This document shows positions 18,138 through 27,141 of a stretch of DNA of 37,867 bases, piece after piece. The stretch is from the sequence record DRR723986_15041; one strand, written 5' to 3'. The notes beneath the pieces are model-generated. The model was not told the origin of the DNA and did no database searches. It saw only the letters and a program-made list of their open reading frames with translations. How positions within the stretch are numbered: position 1 is the first letter of the stretch; each line of letters opens with the position of its first letter. A program made the position numbers and the translations under genes.

Positions 18138-18998
18138 ATGCAAGTTGTTCAGTACAAACTTCCGGGCCAGGACACGATTGTGCCAGGCATCGAAGACGAG
18201 GGCCGGATTTTTGCTTTCGGCGAGAGTCTGCCCGAGGTCCAGTGCGTCCGAGAGGTGTTTCGTCGTTGGGACGAATTGATGCGCCAGGCCGGTGATGCCG
18301 TACAGCAGGCAGGCGATTATTCGTTGAGCGACGTTCAATTGGTCTGCCCTGTCCCTGAGGATGCGAAGACGATCTGCATCGGCCTGAATTACCGCGATCA
18401 TGCAATCGAAAGCGGCATGGAGATCCCGAGCGAGCCGGTTGTATTTTCAAAACTTGCAGGCTGCCTGTGTGGGCCTGATGCAGATGTGCCACTTCCCGCT
18501 TGCAGTCAGCAGGTGGACTACGAGGCCGAGATGGTGTTGGTTATCGGCGAAGAAGCATGGCAGTGCAGTGAACAAGAGGCTTCTTCGAAAATATTCGGTT
18601 ACGCGTGCGGACATGACGTATCCGCACGAGATTGGCAAATCGGTCGGCCTGGTGGCCAGTGGTTGCTTGGCAAGAGTTTTCCTAATTTCGCCCCTATTGG
18701 TCCTGGGGTGGTTCCCGCGTCGGAGATCCGAGATGCGAACAACCTGCGAGTTCAGTTGCGTCTCAATGGTGAAACGATGCAAGATTCATCGACAAAGCAG
18801 CTAATTTTCAATCCCCAAGAGTTGATCGCCTACCTGTCGCAGTGCGTTAAGTTGTTGCCGGGCGATGTGATCTTCACCGGAACACCACCTGGTGTCGGCA
18901 TGGCTCGCAAGCCCGCACGTTTCCTCAAGGATGGCGACGTTGCCGAGGTGGAGATAGAGGGGCTGGGGATACTGAGCAATCGATTTACAGTGAGCTGA
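18138..18998 (+). CDS. Fumarylacetoacetate hydrolase family protein
   Basis: CIGLNYRDH, VDYEAE, HDVSARDWQ, GKSF, PGDVIFTGTP; likely ATG 18138 after AGGA. Confidence 0.95.
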   Translation: MQVVQYKLPGQDTIVPGIEDEGRIFAFGESLPEVQCVREVFRRWDELMRQAGDAVQQAGDYSLSDVQLVCPVPEDAKTICIGLNYRDHAIESGMEIPSEPVVFSKLAGCLCGPDADVPLPACSQQVDYEAEMVLVIGEEAWQCSEQEASSKIFGYACGHDVSARDWQIGRPGGQWLLGKSFPNFAPIGPGVVPASEIRDANNLRVQLRLNGETMQDSSTKQLIFNPQELIAYLSQCVKLLPGDVIFTGTPPGVGMARKPARFLKDGDVAEVEIEGLGILSNRFTVS

Positions 18999-19028
18999 AT
19001 ACAGCGAGCTGAATCGAGCCGGATAAAA

Positions 19029-19125
19029 TGGCGGAAGCGGATGGGAATCGAACCCACCAGGCCCCTTTGCAGGTAGCCTCATCGACTTTGAAGATCGAGG
19101 CAGTCACCAGACTACAAACGCTTCC
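19029..19125 (-). tRNA. selC: tRNA-Sec, anticodon UCA (19091-19089), 97 nt, CCA encoded
   Basis: GGAAGCG...CGCTTCC-G-CCA; 6-bp D stem GTAGTC/GACTGC with 4-nt TGGT loop; CT-TCA-AA loop; long variable arm; TTCGATT T loop; G discriminator. Confidence 0.95.
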
Positions 19126-19178
19126 CCATGTCTAACACGGCATTCTGCATGTTACAGCAAGCGTCCGCCGCAGGCGTC

Positions 19179-19184
19179 AGTATA
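19179..19184 (-). promoter_or_regulatory. Putative -10 element upstream of selC
   Basis: TATACT on the minus strand about 54 nt upstream of the tRNA; weak -35. Confidence 0.35.
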
Positions 19185-19296
19185 GAGCAACGTTTGGCGG
19201 CCCGCACGATCCCCGAAGTAATTCGCGGTCGAAATGTGTGGCCGAAATCTGCTGCCGAGTTGCACACGCCCTGTGCGCTCTGTATGGCCTAGCGCG

Positions 19297-19830
19297 CTAG
19301 GTGGTTTGCTTTTGTTTTCGCTTGGCTTTCGCCTTAAACGGCAGAAGCCACAACCAGGCTCCGGTTACCCAAAGAGCGAACAAGGCTATGCCGCTGGGTA
19401 AAAAAATCCATAGCTTTGCAAATTCTGCAAAAAAGCTGCCGTCATGCAGTGATTCAATCAAGTCACTTCGCCGTGTGGCGACTTGCAAGATGGCCGCGTC
19501 GGCCAAGTCGACTTGAATCTCGATACCGTCCGGCCCTTGCACTTTCGCAATTCCCTTAGACGGTTGGACGTCGATACGTTTCACGTCGTCCCAACCACTG
19601 ATGTTGGCTTCCGGGTGATCGCTGACTGCTTGGACGATATCTCCAATGCTGAGTGAACTTGCCTCGCCAGGGCTTGCTCCCTTCTGAGTGGGTGGCTGGA
19701 TCCAGGAGAACTCTTTCTTCAACTGAAGCAACAGGCCGCTGATGATGACAATAACCATCGGAAGGCCAAATGCGATCGCACCCCACCGGTGTAGCTTCCT
19801 GGACCACCAATTCACATTCTTGGGCATCAT
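19297..19830 (-). CDS. PepSY-associated TM helix domain protein
   Basis: RKLHRW..., ISGLLL, IESLHDGSFF, WVTGAWLW. Confidence 0.88.
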   Translation of the reverse strand: MMPKNVNWWSRKLHRWGAIAFGLPMVIVIISGLLLQLKKEFSWIQPPTQKGASPGEASSLSIGDIVQAVSDHPEANISGWDDVKRIDVQPSKGIAKVQGPDGIEIQVDLADAAILQVATRRSDLIESLHDGSFFAEFAKLWIFLPSGIALFALWVTGAWLWLLPFKAKAKRKQKQTT

Positions 19831-19978
19831 GCACCTTCTTGGCTCAACCAGATAGGGCGACTACGCGGTCACCAGAGATTTTTTGAGGGAGGGGAGTGGT
19901 CGGGCTCTCTACTGAATCACCGAGCAAAGCGCGACCACGGTTGGAGCAAGTTACTTCGCCGCCATTATTACGACGCCA

Positions 19979-20989
19979 TTAGTTCGACACTGTTACTTCG
20001 CCGCCGGCCCGTGTTCCAAGGGCTCGGTAGGTTCGCAGATCGATCGTAGACGATATCGGAGCAACGCGTCCCGAAACGAAAACGGAGTAGACCACGCCAC
20101 CATGATAGCTGCGCGAGGTAATCGCCGCACGAGTGGCTACCGTTGGCGACTTGCCTTCTTGCTGGCTGGTGAAGTTAATATCGTACGTCACACCATCATG
20201 ATCGTACTCGACGATTGTGTTTGGCGTAAAAGTAGTCGTGACGCCCGTATGGTGGACTCGACCGTCGGGCCAAACAGTGTGCCCCGTCGACTTGAAGCCG
20301 CCCGGTGCATCGCGAAGATCTTCAACGGTTGGATGCCTGTCTGGCAGAAAGTCTCCACCGTTGCGAATGTAGGGCTGGTATGTCTTCACTTCCAAGGCGG
20401 CAAACGTATGATCCAGGCCGTCGGTCAAACTGCCGGGCCGCAGACGACCGTTGACTAAAAAGCAGCCCGATCCAGTCGCACCGGTGCGTGGGTTGTAAAC
20501 ATCCCAACTGCCTGCGGAAAAGCCGTAGCTGATGGGGGAAACATACGGAGCGCCGTCTCGGTAGCGAATTTCCCGATTGGTTTCAGAGGGGCACATGTAC
20601 ACGGGCACTTGATAAGCCGTTACACCGGTGTCGACTTGCAGGTGCCAGTCGACGTCCGTACGGACCTGCCGGTAGGCGTTGCTTTGTTCAAGAAATGGCA
20701 TCAGTCGTGCGTGGACACTCCACGAGTGATCTTGGGCGACGGCAAGATTGCGGCGCTGCAGGCAGAAGCTAGGCGGAAGGTAGCGATGCGCGAGCAGATA
20801 ATTCTGCGTCGCTAGACCAATTTGCCGCATGTTGTTTTGGCACCATGCGCGACGAGCGGCCTCACGGGCTGCTTGGACGGCAGGCAGAAGCATGGCGACG
20901 AGGACGCCGATGATGCTGATCACAACCAGAAGTTCGACCAGGCTAAAGGCGAGTCGCTTTGAGGGCGCAAGCTGGCGAGGCTGTAACAT
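19979..20989 (-). CDS. DUF1559 protein with prepilin-type N-terminal cleavage/methylation motif
   Basis: [65 protein letters not shown]; start 20989 or 21007. Confidence 0.95.
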   Translation of the reverse strand: MLQPRQLAPSKRLAFSLVELLVVISIIGVLVAMLLPAVQAAREAARRAWCQNNMRQIGLATQNYLLAHRYLPPSFCLQRRNLAVAQDHSWSVHARLMPFLEQSNAYRQVRTDVDWHLQVDTGVTAYQVPVYMCPSETNREIRYRDGAPYVSPISYGFSAGSWDVYNPRTGATGSGCFLVNGRLRPGSLTDGLDHTFAALEVKTYQPYIRNGGDFLPDRHPTVEDLRDAPGGFKSTGHTVWPDGRVHHTGVTTTFTPNTIVEYDHDGVTYDINFTSQQEGKSPTVATRAAITSRSYHGGVVYSVFVSGRVAPISSTIDLRTYRALGTRAGGEVTVSN

Positions 20990-21135
20990 GGCGAGAAGCG
21001 GATCCAAGTGGGGAAATTAAAGTGGTTTGTTCACGCCTACCCAAAGCAGTTTTCTACCGACTACCGGTTCTATTTTGGTTGCAGCCGCCTTCTCATGCAA
21101 CCAAAACTGCTCGGCAAATGCCAAACTCCGACCGC

Positions 21136-22356
21136 CTATCGGAGTCTTCCAATGTACTGAACGAATGCTTTATCAACATCTTCGACCGGACCAAAATGCC
21201 GCTCAAACACCTCAATCCTCTCTGCCGGAGTTGATTCTTCCAGCGGGGGAAGTGGCCGCAACTCTTTCACATAAGCCGCGTACTGCTTGCCCTTTGTCTT
21301 CATCAGGTAATACGTCAGCGCCCAACTCTCGGCGTAGAACGCACCAGCGGTTGTACCTTGCTGGAACCGCGTATCGTCGGTCAACATTTCCTGCAATCTT
21401 CCAGGTGGACGACTGGGCAAGTCGCGTCGGAACAAACGCAGGTTGTGGTAGTTGATGTTGCCGATACCGCCCCACCCCGTCCGGCTGCGCGGATCAGGGG
21501 CTTCGAAGAACATCGCCATCCCTTCACTCAACCAGAATGGATTATCCGCCAAGCGAGTTTGAAGCCCACGATTGTATGAGATTTGGTGGACCGCTTCGTG
21601 CACAACCGTGGCTACGGTTCGTTCCGCTTTCGGCTGCCGGAGCACTTGGTTGATCACTGCCGCCGTCGATACGCGTCGACCTGCGGGCACCATGCCATCG
21701 ACGCCGGTCAAGTCGTACATGACCATCCGGTTCGTTTTCATGTTGTAGTAACCGATCATCGACTCAGCCGACTTGCCGATTTCATTCTGTGCGTACCGCA
21801 AATACGACGGTCGATCCTTGAAGACGACGGCGACCATGGGGAACCGAGGCTGCTCCAAGCGAATGCCACGAGAACGCCAGTAGTTTTCAAAGCTGCGATG
21901 GATGCTCTCGAACAGTTGCCCGACCCATTGGACGTAGGCTTTGCTGGTGTTGTAGACAAGCACATAGTGCTTCGTTTTGTATACTTCGAAACCTGTCGGC
22001 AGTTCCTCTTTGTACCGCTCGTAGACCTCGTCCATACTTAAGACGTTGAGGGGTCCTTGGACGTCCTCCTTGGATTTAAACTCTTCACCTTTGACGGTCC
22101 ACAACTGCCCATCGTCGGCTTGCAGTAGCATGCTACCATCGGCGTATTCGATCACCACTTCCGCAGTAACGCTCGTCGGTTCCCCTTTGTGCGAAAACTC
22201 CGCCTGGATAACCCTAAGCTCTTCGGTTTCCTGTGCGAGCAACGTGGTAGGAGTGACCGTACTGCAAACAGCGATTGCCGCTAGCAAACTGGCGAGCAGC
22301 CACATGGGGCGTTTTCCGTTATTCAGCTTCACCGAAACGAATTCCTCCTGAATCAC
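21136..22356 (-). CDS. DUF1570 protein (zincin-like HExxH), secreted
   Basis: GYY...TNR, TVVHEAVHQ, WLSEGMAMFFE, YAESWALTYYL; alternative GTG start at 22332. Confidence 0.88.
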   Translation of the reverse strand: MIQEEFVSVKLNNGKRPMWLLASLLAAIAVCSTVTPTTLLAQETEELRVIQAEFSHKGEPTSVTAEVVIEYADGSMLLQADDGQLWTVKGEEFKSKEDVQGPLNVLSMDEVYERYKEELPTGFEVYKTKHYVLVYNTSKAYVQWVGQLFESIHRSFENYWRSRGIRLEQPRFPMVAVVFKDRPSYLRYAQNEIGKSAESMIGYYNMKTNRMVMYDLTGVDGMVPAGRRVSTAAVINQVLRQPKAERTVATVVHEAVHQISYNRGLQTRLADNPFWLSEGMAMFFEAPDPRSRTGWGGIGNINYHNLRLFRRDLPSRPPGRLQEMLTDDTRFQQGTTAGAFYAESWALTYYLMKTKGKQYAAYVKELRPLPPLEESTPAERIEVFERHFGPVEDVDKAFVQYIGRLR

Positions 22357-22665
22357 CTACGTACGTTGAACTGCACGACCATAAAGGCCGCGTCTTTTTG
22401 TGCCAGGCGATCGCAACTGGAAATGGGTAAACTGCAACTCACACTGCCGACTGTAGGGCCGCAGGTTTCCTGGGCGAAATTTTCAGTGCGGTAGTGTTCA
22501 TCAGGGCGCCTTTCTGGACAATCCATCTTAACAGTTCTCCTTTGGTGGCGTTTTCAATTGCAGACGAACACGCTGCAAAACGGTTCACAAAGCCCGAAGA
22601 CGTGGCCTATTCGTTACAAATCAACCTTGCCCATTGGCGGTATTCCAAGGATCAGGCAGCCGAAA

Positions 22666-23739
22666 ATGATTGAAACCGTACTTGTTGTCGGCGCTGGTTG
22701 GGTTGGACGACAAATAGCCGCCTGTTTGCATCGCAACGGCCTCAGGACGTTTATCCACGACACTTGTGAAGCGACCGCACGCGACGCGCAGAAGTGGATT
22801 GACCGTGAGCTCAATAGTCTGGATGCGAAGCCGTTTGATATGGCAACCGGCGATATGGCTACCATTGAGTTGGACGTGTCGGATATCACAGCAAGTGAGC
22901 TTGCAATCACGCTGGACGAAGCCGACAGCCCTGGAGCCGATCTGAAGATCTTCAATGGGGCCGACGGAGAAGACGTTGGGCACCGCGAAGACGCTGGGCA
23001 CCGCGAAGACGCACCCGCTGTGGATCATAAAACCGATGATCCACCATTGAAGGTGATCGATGGACAGTCTGTCCAGATCGTCGCAGATCTTGATGCCCCC
23101 GACGCGTTTGATGGTGTCGAAATCGACTTGGTCATCGAGTGCGTGCCAGAGATGATCGGGATTAAGAAGCGGACCTTGAGGGCGCTGAGCAAACGGTTTG
23201 GCGAGGCGACGATCCTTGCGTCAAACAGTTCCTACTTTGTTCCGTCGATTCTGTCCAAGTTTGTGGAATTGCCGGAGCGTTTCGCACACTGCCACTTTCA
23301 CGTTCCCGTCTTGCGTCCAAGTGTTGTTGACATTGTGGGATGCGATCAAACGGCGGCTGCGGTGCTTGAACGACTGGCGACAATGGTCGAAAGAGTTGGG
23401 CACAAGCCGATACGCCTGAAGCGTGAGCAGCCTGGCTACGTTTTCAACTGGCTGTTGCAGGCCGTCCTGAAAGCAGCGTTGGAGCTAAAGGTCAATGACG
23501 TCGCTGAGATCGAGGATATCGATGCAGCCTGGTCGACCGTAACCGGCATGCCGCTCGGCCCCTTCGGGATCATGGATCAGATCGGGCTGGATGTTGTGGA
23601 ACACACATTGCACAATTCCAAGTGGTCCAACGACCAAACGCCCGAGGTCGAAGAGCTCTTGAATGTGCTCAAGCCATTGATCAAAGAAGGGCGGCTTGGC
23701 AAGAAGACACTGGGCGGCTTCTACCAATACGGCGAATAG
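22666..23739 (+). CDS. 3-hydroxyacyl-CoA dehydrogenase family protein with acidic insertion
   Basis: VVGAGWVG, VIECVPE, ASNSS, HF..PV, PGYVFN, MPLGPFGIMDQIGLD, GRLGKKT..GFY; likely ATG 22666. Confidence 0.9.
   Translation: MIETVLVVGAGWVGRQIAACLHRNGLRTFIHDTCEATARDAQKWIDRELNSLDAKPFDMATGDMATIELDVSDITASELAITLDEADSPGADLKIFNGADGEDVGHREDAGHREDAPAVDHKTDDPPLKVIDGQSVQIVADLDAPDAFDGVEIDLVIECVPEMIGIKKRTLRALSKRFGEATILASNSSYFVPSILSKFVELPERFAHCHFHVPVLRPSVVDIVGCDQTAAAVLERLATMVERVGHKPIRLKREQPGYVFNWLLQAVLKAALELKVNDVAEIEDIDAAWSTVTGMPLGPFGIMDQIGLDVVEHTLHNSKWSNDQTPEVEELLNVLKPLIKEGRLGKKTLGGFYQYGE
22969..23012 (+). repeat. In-frame 18-bp tandem repeat (about 2.4 copies)
   Basis: GAAGACGTTGGGCACCGC GAAGACGCTGGGCACCGC GAAGACGC = EDVGHR EDAGHR EDA. 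Confidence 0.9.
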
Positions 23740-23754
23740 CCGCAATTGGCGGTT

Positions 23755-25602
23755 TTACAGCGTTTTCAAATACGCGATCAGTGCAGCGAGTTGTTCGTCG
23801 TCGAGCTCTAGGCCGTTTCCAATTTCCGAGGGCATATGCCAATTCTCAAGCAGGTCTTTCAAAGATTTTGACCGTCCGTCGTGCGTTAACCGCGGCTTTC
23901 GATACACTCCGATCAGGCTCGGAGTGTTGTACCCCTCGTAGGCGTCGCTCTTGGATTCCATGCCAACGGTGTGAATCTGACCGTCGGTGAAGTGAGGCCC
24001 ACTGTGGCAGTCGACACACCCAGCGCTTCGAAAAATTTTGCGACCACGTTCGAGCAGCTTCGGATCAGTGCTCTGCTGATGTGGATTCGGCGGTGGCTGA
24101 AGCGTGCCTAAGTACTGGTGCAGTGCATCAACTTCTTGTTTGCTCGGTAGATCGCCTTTCATCGTGGACACAAATGAGTTTTCCAGCGACTGATGCAAGT
24201 CTTCTTGCCAGCCATGCCAGGTCCACGGTGATGTCTTGAGCACATTGTGGAGCGGCAGGACGGTCTTCGTCGATAGTTCCGTTCCGTCGTTCCAGGTGTC
24301 CATGGCGATGGCATTGGTCCCGCCGTCCACATGGCAAGAATGGCAACTGTACCATTGGTCGAGCGAATACCGTGCGTCATAGAAGATCGCCCGTCCTTGG
24401 TGGCTCTTGACTAGCTCGGCTGCTGTCGGCTGAGAACCGAGACTCCAAGTGTTACGGACGCTGCGTCTGGCCAGCGAGATTTCATGGACTTCATCGGTTA
24501 TGAAGTCGACCGTCCACGCAGTTTTCCCGTCGCGCGAAGTCTGCAACGCCATTGGGCGACCTCCGACAAATATCCGAGAAAACCGCTCGCGGTCCCTCTC
24601 AAGTAATGGATTGATCAAATCACCTGGGCCGCCATTGGTTTCGAAAGGTATGTCGTTGAGACGGTAGAAGAGGACTTCGCCGGTCCCAGACGACGTGCAG
24701 ATCAGAAGATCCGCCTCTTCAGCTAGCGCGATGCCGTACGGGTCGGCCATTGCCTTTCCTCGTACGTCTAAAGAAATCGCTTCACGGTACGATTCCTCTG
24801 ATGCATCGATGCGTGCAATTCGGCTGGCAAGGACCCAGCCGCGTTGGATGTCGCGTGGTGTGATCGGATTGCTGCGATAGATCATCCAAGGGAAATAGAC
24901 TTTGCTGCTAGCTTGATCCACGGCAAACTGACCATAGTTGATTGAGCCACTGAGCCAGTTGTCGTGCAGTTCTTCGCCGCTAGTTAAGTCGATCGTACTG
25001 ACGCGGCTTTCGCCGGACAGCGCGACGACGATCCGATTCAGGGCTGGCAGCAGAGCAATTGCAGTTGGCCAACGCCCGACCTCCATCCGCCGCACGACTT
25101 CTCCGCTCGCTAAGTCAACTTCGGCCACCTGGCCGCTGGCGTGCAGCGTTACGTAGAGTCGTTTGGAATCACCGGCTACCGAATGTGGATGCATTCCAAT
25201 GTTCAATGCTCGATCGCGAACAAGGTCTTGCTCTTCGACACGCAACAGCTCCACCGTTCCTGTGTCGCGGCAGCAAACAGCGAATAGCCCAGGTGCGATT
25301 CTGCAGATGTCGGATGGATGGCTACCGACTGGAATCTCCGCAACGGTTCGCTTTGACTTCAAATCAACAAGGCTTACCGTCGAAGACAGTTGGTTTGCAA
25401 CGACGGCGAGTTCTTCGTTTGCAGTCAATTCAAAATCAACAGGCCCACGAAAGCTCGATGAATCTTTTACGTCTTTGATGGGCTCTACGGCTGTTGCAAT
25501 GCCGCAATCGGAGTAGCTGCAAACAGACAGGCAGATGGTTAGATAGACAGCCAATCCGGATTGCCACCGCATGGCTGAGGGCAACTTATATCTAGGTGTC
25601 AT
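23755..25602 (-). CDS. YVTN-type beta-propeller fused to di-haem cytochrome c (CcP/MauG-like) domain
   Basis: Signal peptide; VANQLS.TVS.VD, IPVG..P and LYVT blades; two CxxCH (CHSCH, CVDCH); TPSL.G and HDGR. Confidence 0.88.
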   Translation of the reverse strand: MTPRYKLPSAMRWQSGLAVYLTICLSVCSYSDCGIATAVEPIKDVKDSSSFRGPVDFELTANEELAVVANQLSSTVSLVDLKSKRTVAEIPVGSHPSDICRIAPGLFAVCCRDTGTVELLRVEEQDLVRDRALNIGMHPHSVAGDSKRLYVTLHASGQVAEVDLASGEVVRRMEVGRWPTAIALLPALNRIVVALSGESRVSTIDLTSGEELHDNWLSGSINYGQFAVDQASSKVYFPWMIYRSNPITPRDIQRGWVLASRIARIDASEESYREAISLDVRGKAMADPYGIALAEEADLLICTSSGTGEVLFYRLNDIPFETNGGPGDLINPLLERDRERFSRIFVGGRPMALQTSRDGKTAWTVDFITDEVHEISLARRSVRNTWSLGSQPTAAELVKSHQGRAIFYDARYSLDQWYSCHSCHVDGGTNAIAMDTWNDGTELSTKTVLPLHNVLKTSPWTWHGWQEDLHQSLENSFVSTMKGDLPSKQEVDALHQYLGTLQPPPNPHQQSTDPKLLERGRKIFRSAGCVDCHSGPHFTDGQIHTVGMESKSDAYEGYNTPSLIGVYRKPRLTHDGRSKSLKDLLENWHMPSEIGNGLELDDEQLAALIAYLKTL

Positions 25603-25713
25603 TGGTGGAACTCCAAATGACGGGCGTTTGTCTAGGAAACCAATACGCTGAAACCGCTTAGCAAGCTCATTCAGTCAGCAGCTTCATTCGGCTTTGGGGC
25701 GAAAGTGTGTGGT

Positions 25714-26085
25714 TTAGCTTGTCGCCTGAAGCATTATCGCAACTTGGCTACCAAAGACTATGCAGGCAATGACGGCCGCCGTAATCGATGCTACCAGTAC
25801 GGCGGCACTCATTATATCCAGTGCTTTGCCAACCAGGCTGTTATGTTCGTCACAAAGCCCCTTGGCCAAGTGTTCGAGTGCCGAGTTTGCGTATTCGAGC
25901 GTGAGGACGAAGCCGATGCACATGATCAGCACGACCCACTGCCACAGACTGCACCTCAGCGCACCGGCGGCAACGATAACAATGATCGCGGCGGGAAAAT
26001 GAATGGCAAAGCTGGATTGTCCTTTGGCACCGTCGACGAGGCCGCGAAAGGCACAACCGAATTTCCGACGCCAGTGTCCAATCAT
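25714..26085 (-). CDS. dgkA: Prokaryotic diacylglycerol/undecaprenol kinase
   Basis: KFGCAFRGL, LEYANSALEHL, KALDIMSAAVL; ATGA overlap with upstream gene. Confidence 0.88.
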   Translation of the reverse strand: MIGHWRRKFGCAFRGLVDGAKGQSSFAIHFPAAIIVIVAAGALRCSLWQWVVLIMCIGFVLTLEYANSALEHLAKGLCDEHNSLVGKALDIMSAAVLVASITAAVIACIVFGSQVAIMLQATS

Positions 26086-27074
26086 GGATTCAAGACAATC
26101 TTGCCACTCAGCAGGCTTTGTTGATCGACGGTGTGCCGTTGCTGTAGGTCGTGAGCTTCAGCAGCCTGTGAGAGTGGAATTCGCCGGTCAATCACACTCT
26201 TGAGCGTTCCTGCGGCGAGCATCTCTGCGATCTGATTGGCGGCTTCGCGTTGCTGCTGTGCCGAAGCCTTGAACATAACGACGCCGTGCAGCGAAAGGCC
26301 TTTGACGTAAAACGGACCAACGGGGAAAGGTGGCCGTGCGTCACGTCCAGCCATGAGCACCATTCGCCCTGACTCGGCCAAGCTGGAAACGGCTGAATCG
26401 AAATTTGGCTCTCGCAGCGTTTCCCAGAAAATATCGACTCCGTCAGGAGCCAAGCGTTGGAGGGCTTCGTCAACCGGCTCGCTGTTGTACTGAATCACCT
26501 CATCGGCACCAAGTTCCCGTGCCAGTTTGGCTTTCTCGCTGCTTCCTGCGGTTGTGATGACGCGAGCGCCATGAGCCTTGCACATCTGTAAGACCATTGC
26601 TCCGACCCCGCCAGTACCGCCACGGACGAAAACGGTCTCACCGGATTGCAGTTGTGCCTTCGCGAATAGGCCCAGGTGGGCGGTTATTCCGACGAGCGCA
26701 CAAGCTGCCAAATCGTCGTCGCTAACGCCACTTGGGGAACGGTAAACCCATTCCTCGTCAACGCAAGCGTACTCGGCGAAAGTCCCTTGCCGTCCTAGCA
26801 GTCCCTGGTTGCTGCCCCACACACGGTCGCCCGCGGCGACGCCCGTGACCTTGCTGCCAACCTGCTCGACCGTACCGGCGAAGTCGCAGCCGATGACAAA
26901 GGGCGACGGCAATGGCCAGTAATTGGCTCCCCCGCGAATGTAAGTGTCAATTGGGTTGACCGAAACCGATTGCACCCGCACCAAAACTTGATTGTCAGCC
27001 GGGGTGGGCGTTTCGATTTCTCCGTACTCGATGTTGGACGGCGGTCCGGGTTCACGGATGTAGGCAGCTTTCAC
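26082..27074 (-). CDS. NADPH:quinone reductase (zeta-crystallin/MDR family)
   Basis: SVNPIDTYIRGG, IGCDFAG, GTFAEY, GGTGGVG, GKIVL; GTG start. Confidence 0.92.
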   Translation of the reverse strand: MKAAYIREPGPPSNIEYGEIETPTPADNQVLVRVQSVSVNPIDTYIRGGANYWPLPSPFVIGCDFAGTVEQVGSKVTGVAAGDRVWGSNQGLLGRQGTFAEYACVDEEWVYRSPSGVSDDDLAACALVGITAHLGLFAKAQLQSGETVFVRGGTGGVGAMVLQMCKAHGARVITTAGSSEKAKLARELGADEVIQYNSEPVDEALQRLAPDGVDIFWETLREPNFDSAVSSLAESGRMVLMAGRDARPPFPVGPFYVKGLSLHGVVMFKASAQQQREAANQIAEMLAAGTLKSVIDRRIPLSQAAEAHDLQQRHTVDQQSLLSGKIVLNP

Positions 27075-27141
27075 AGTGCGGAACCCCTATTGGGAGAAGA
27101 TTGTTGTTATGCTCTCGAACTGTTGGTATCGCTGGGACTCG

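Noticed and set aside
18999..19300. Genomic island integrated at selC
   Set aside because: No integrase and no duplicated tRNA 3' end; a metabolic gene ends 30 bp from the CCA, so the site appears empty
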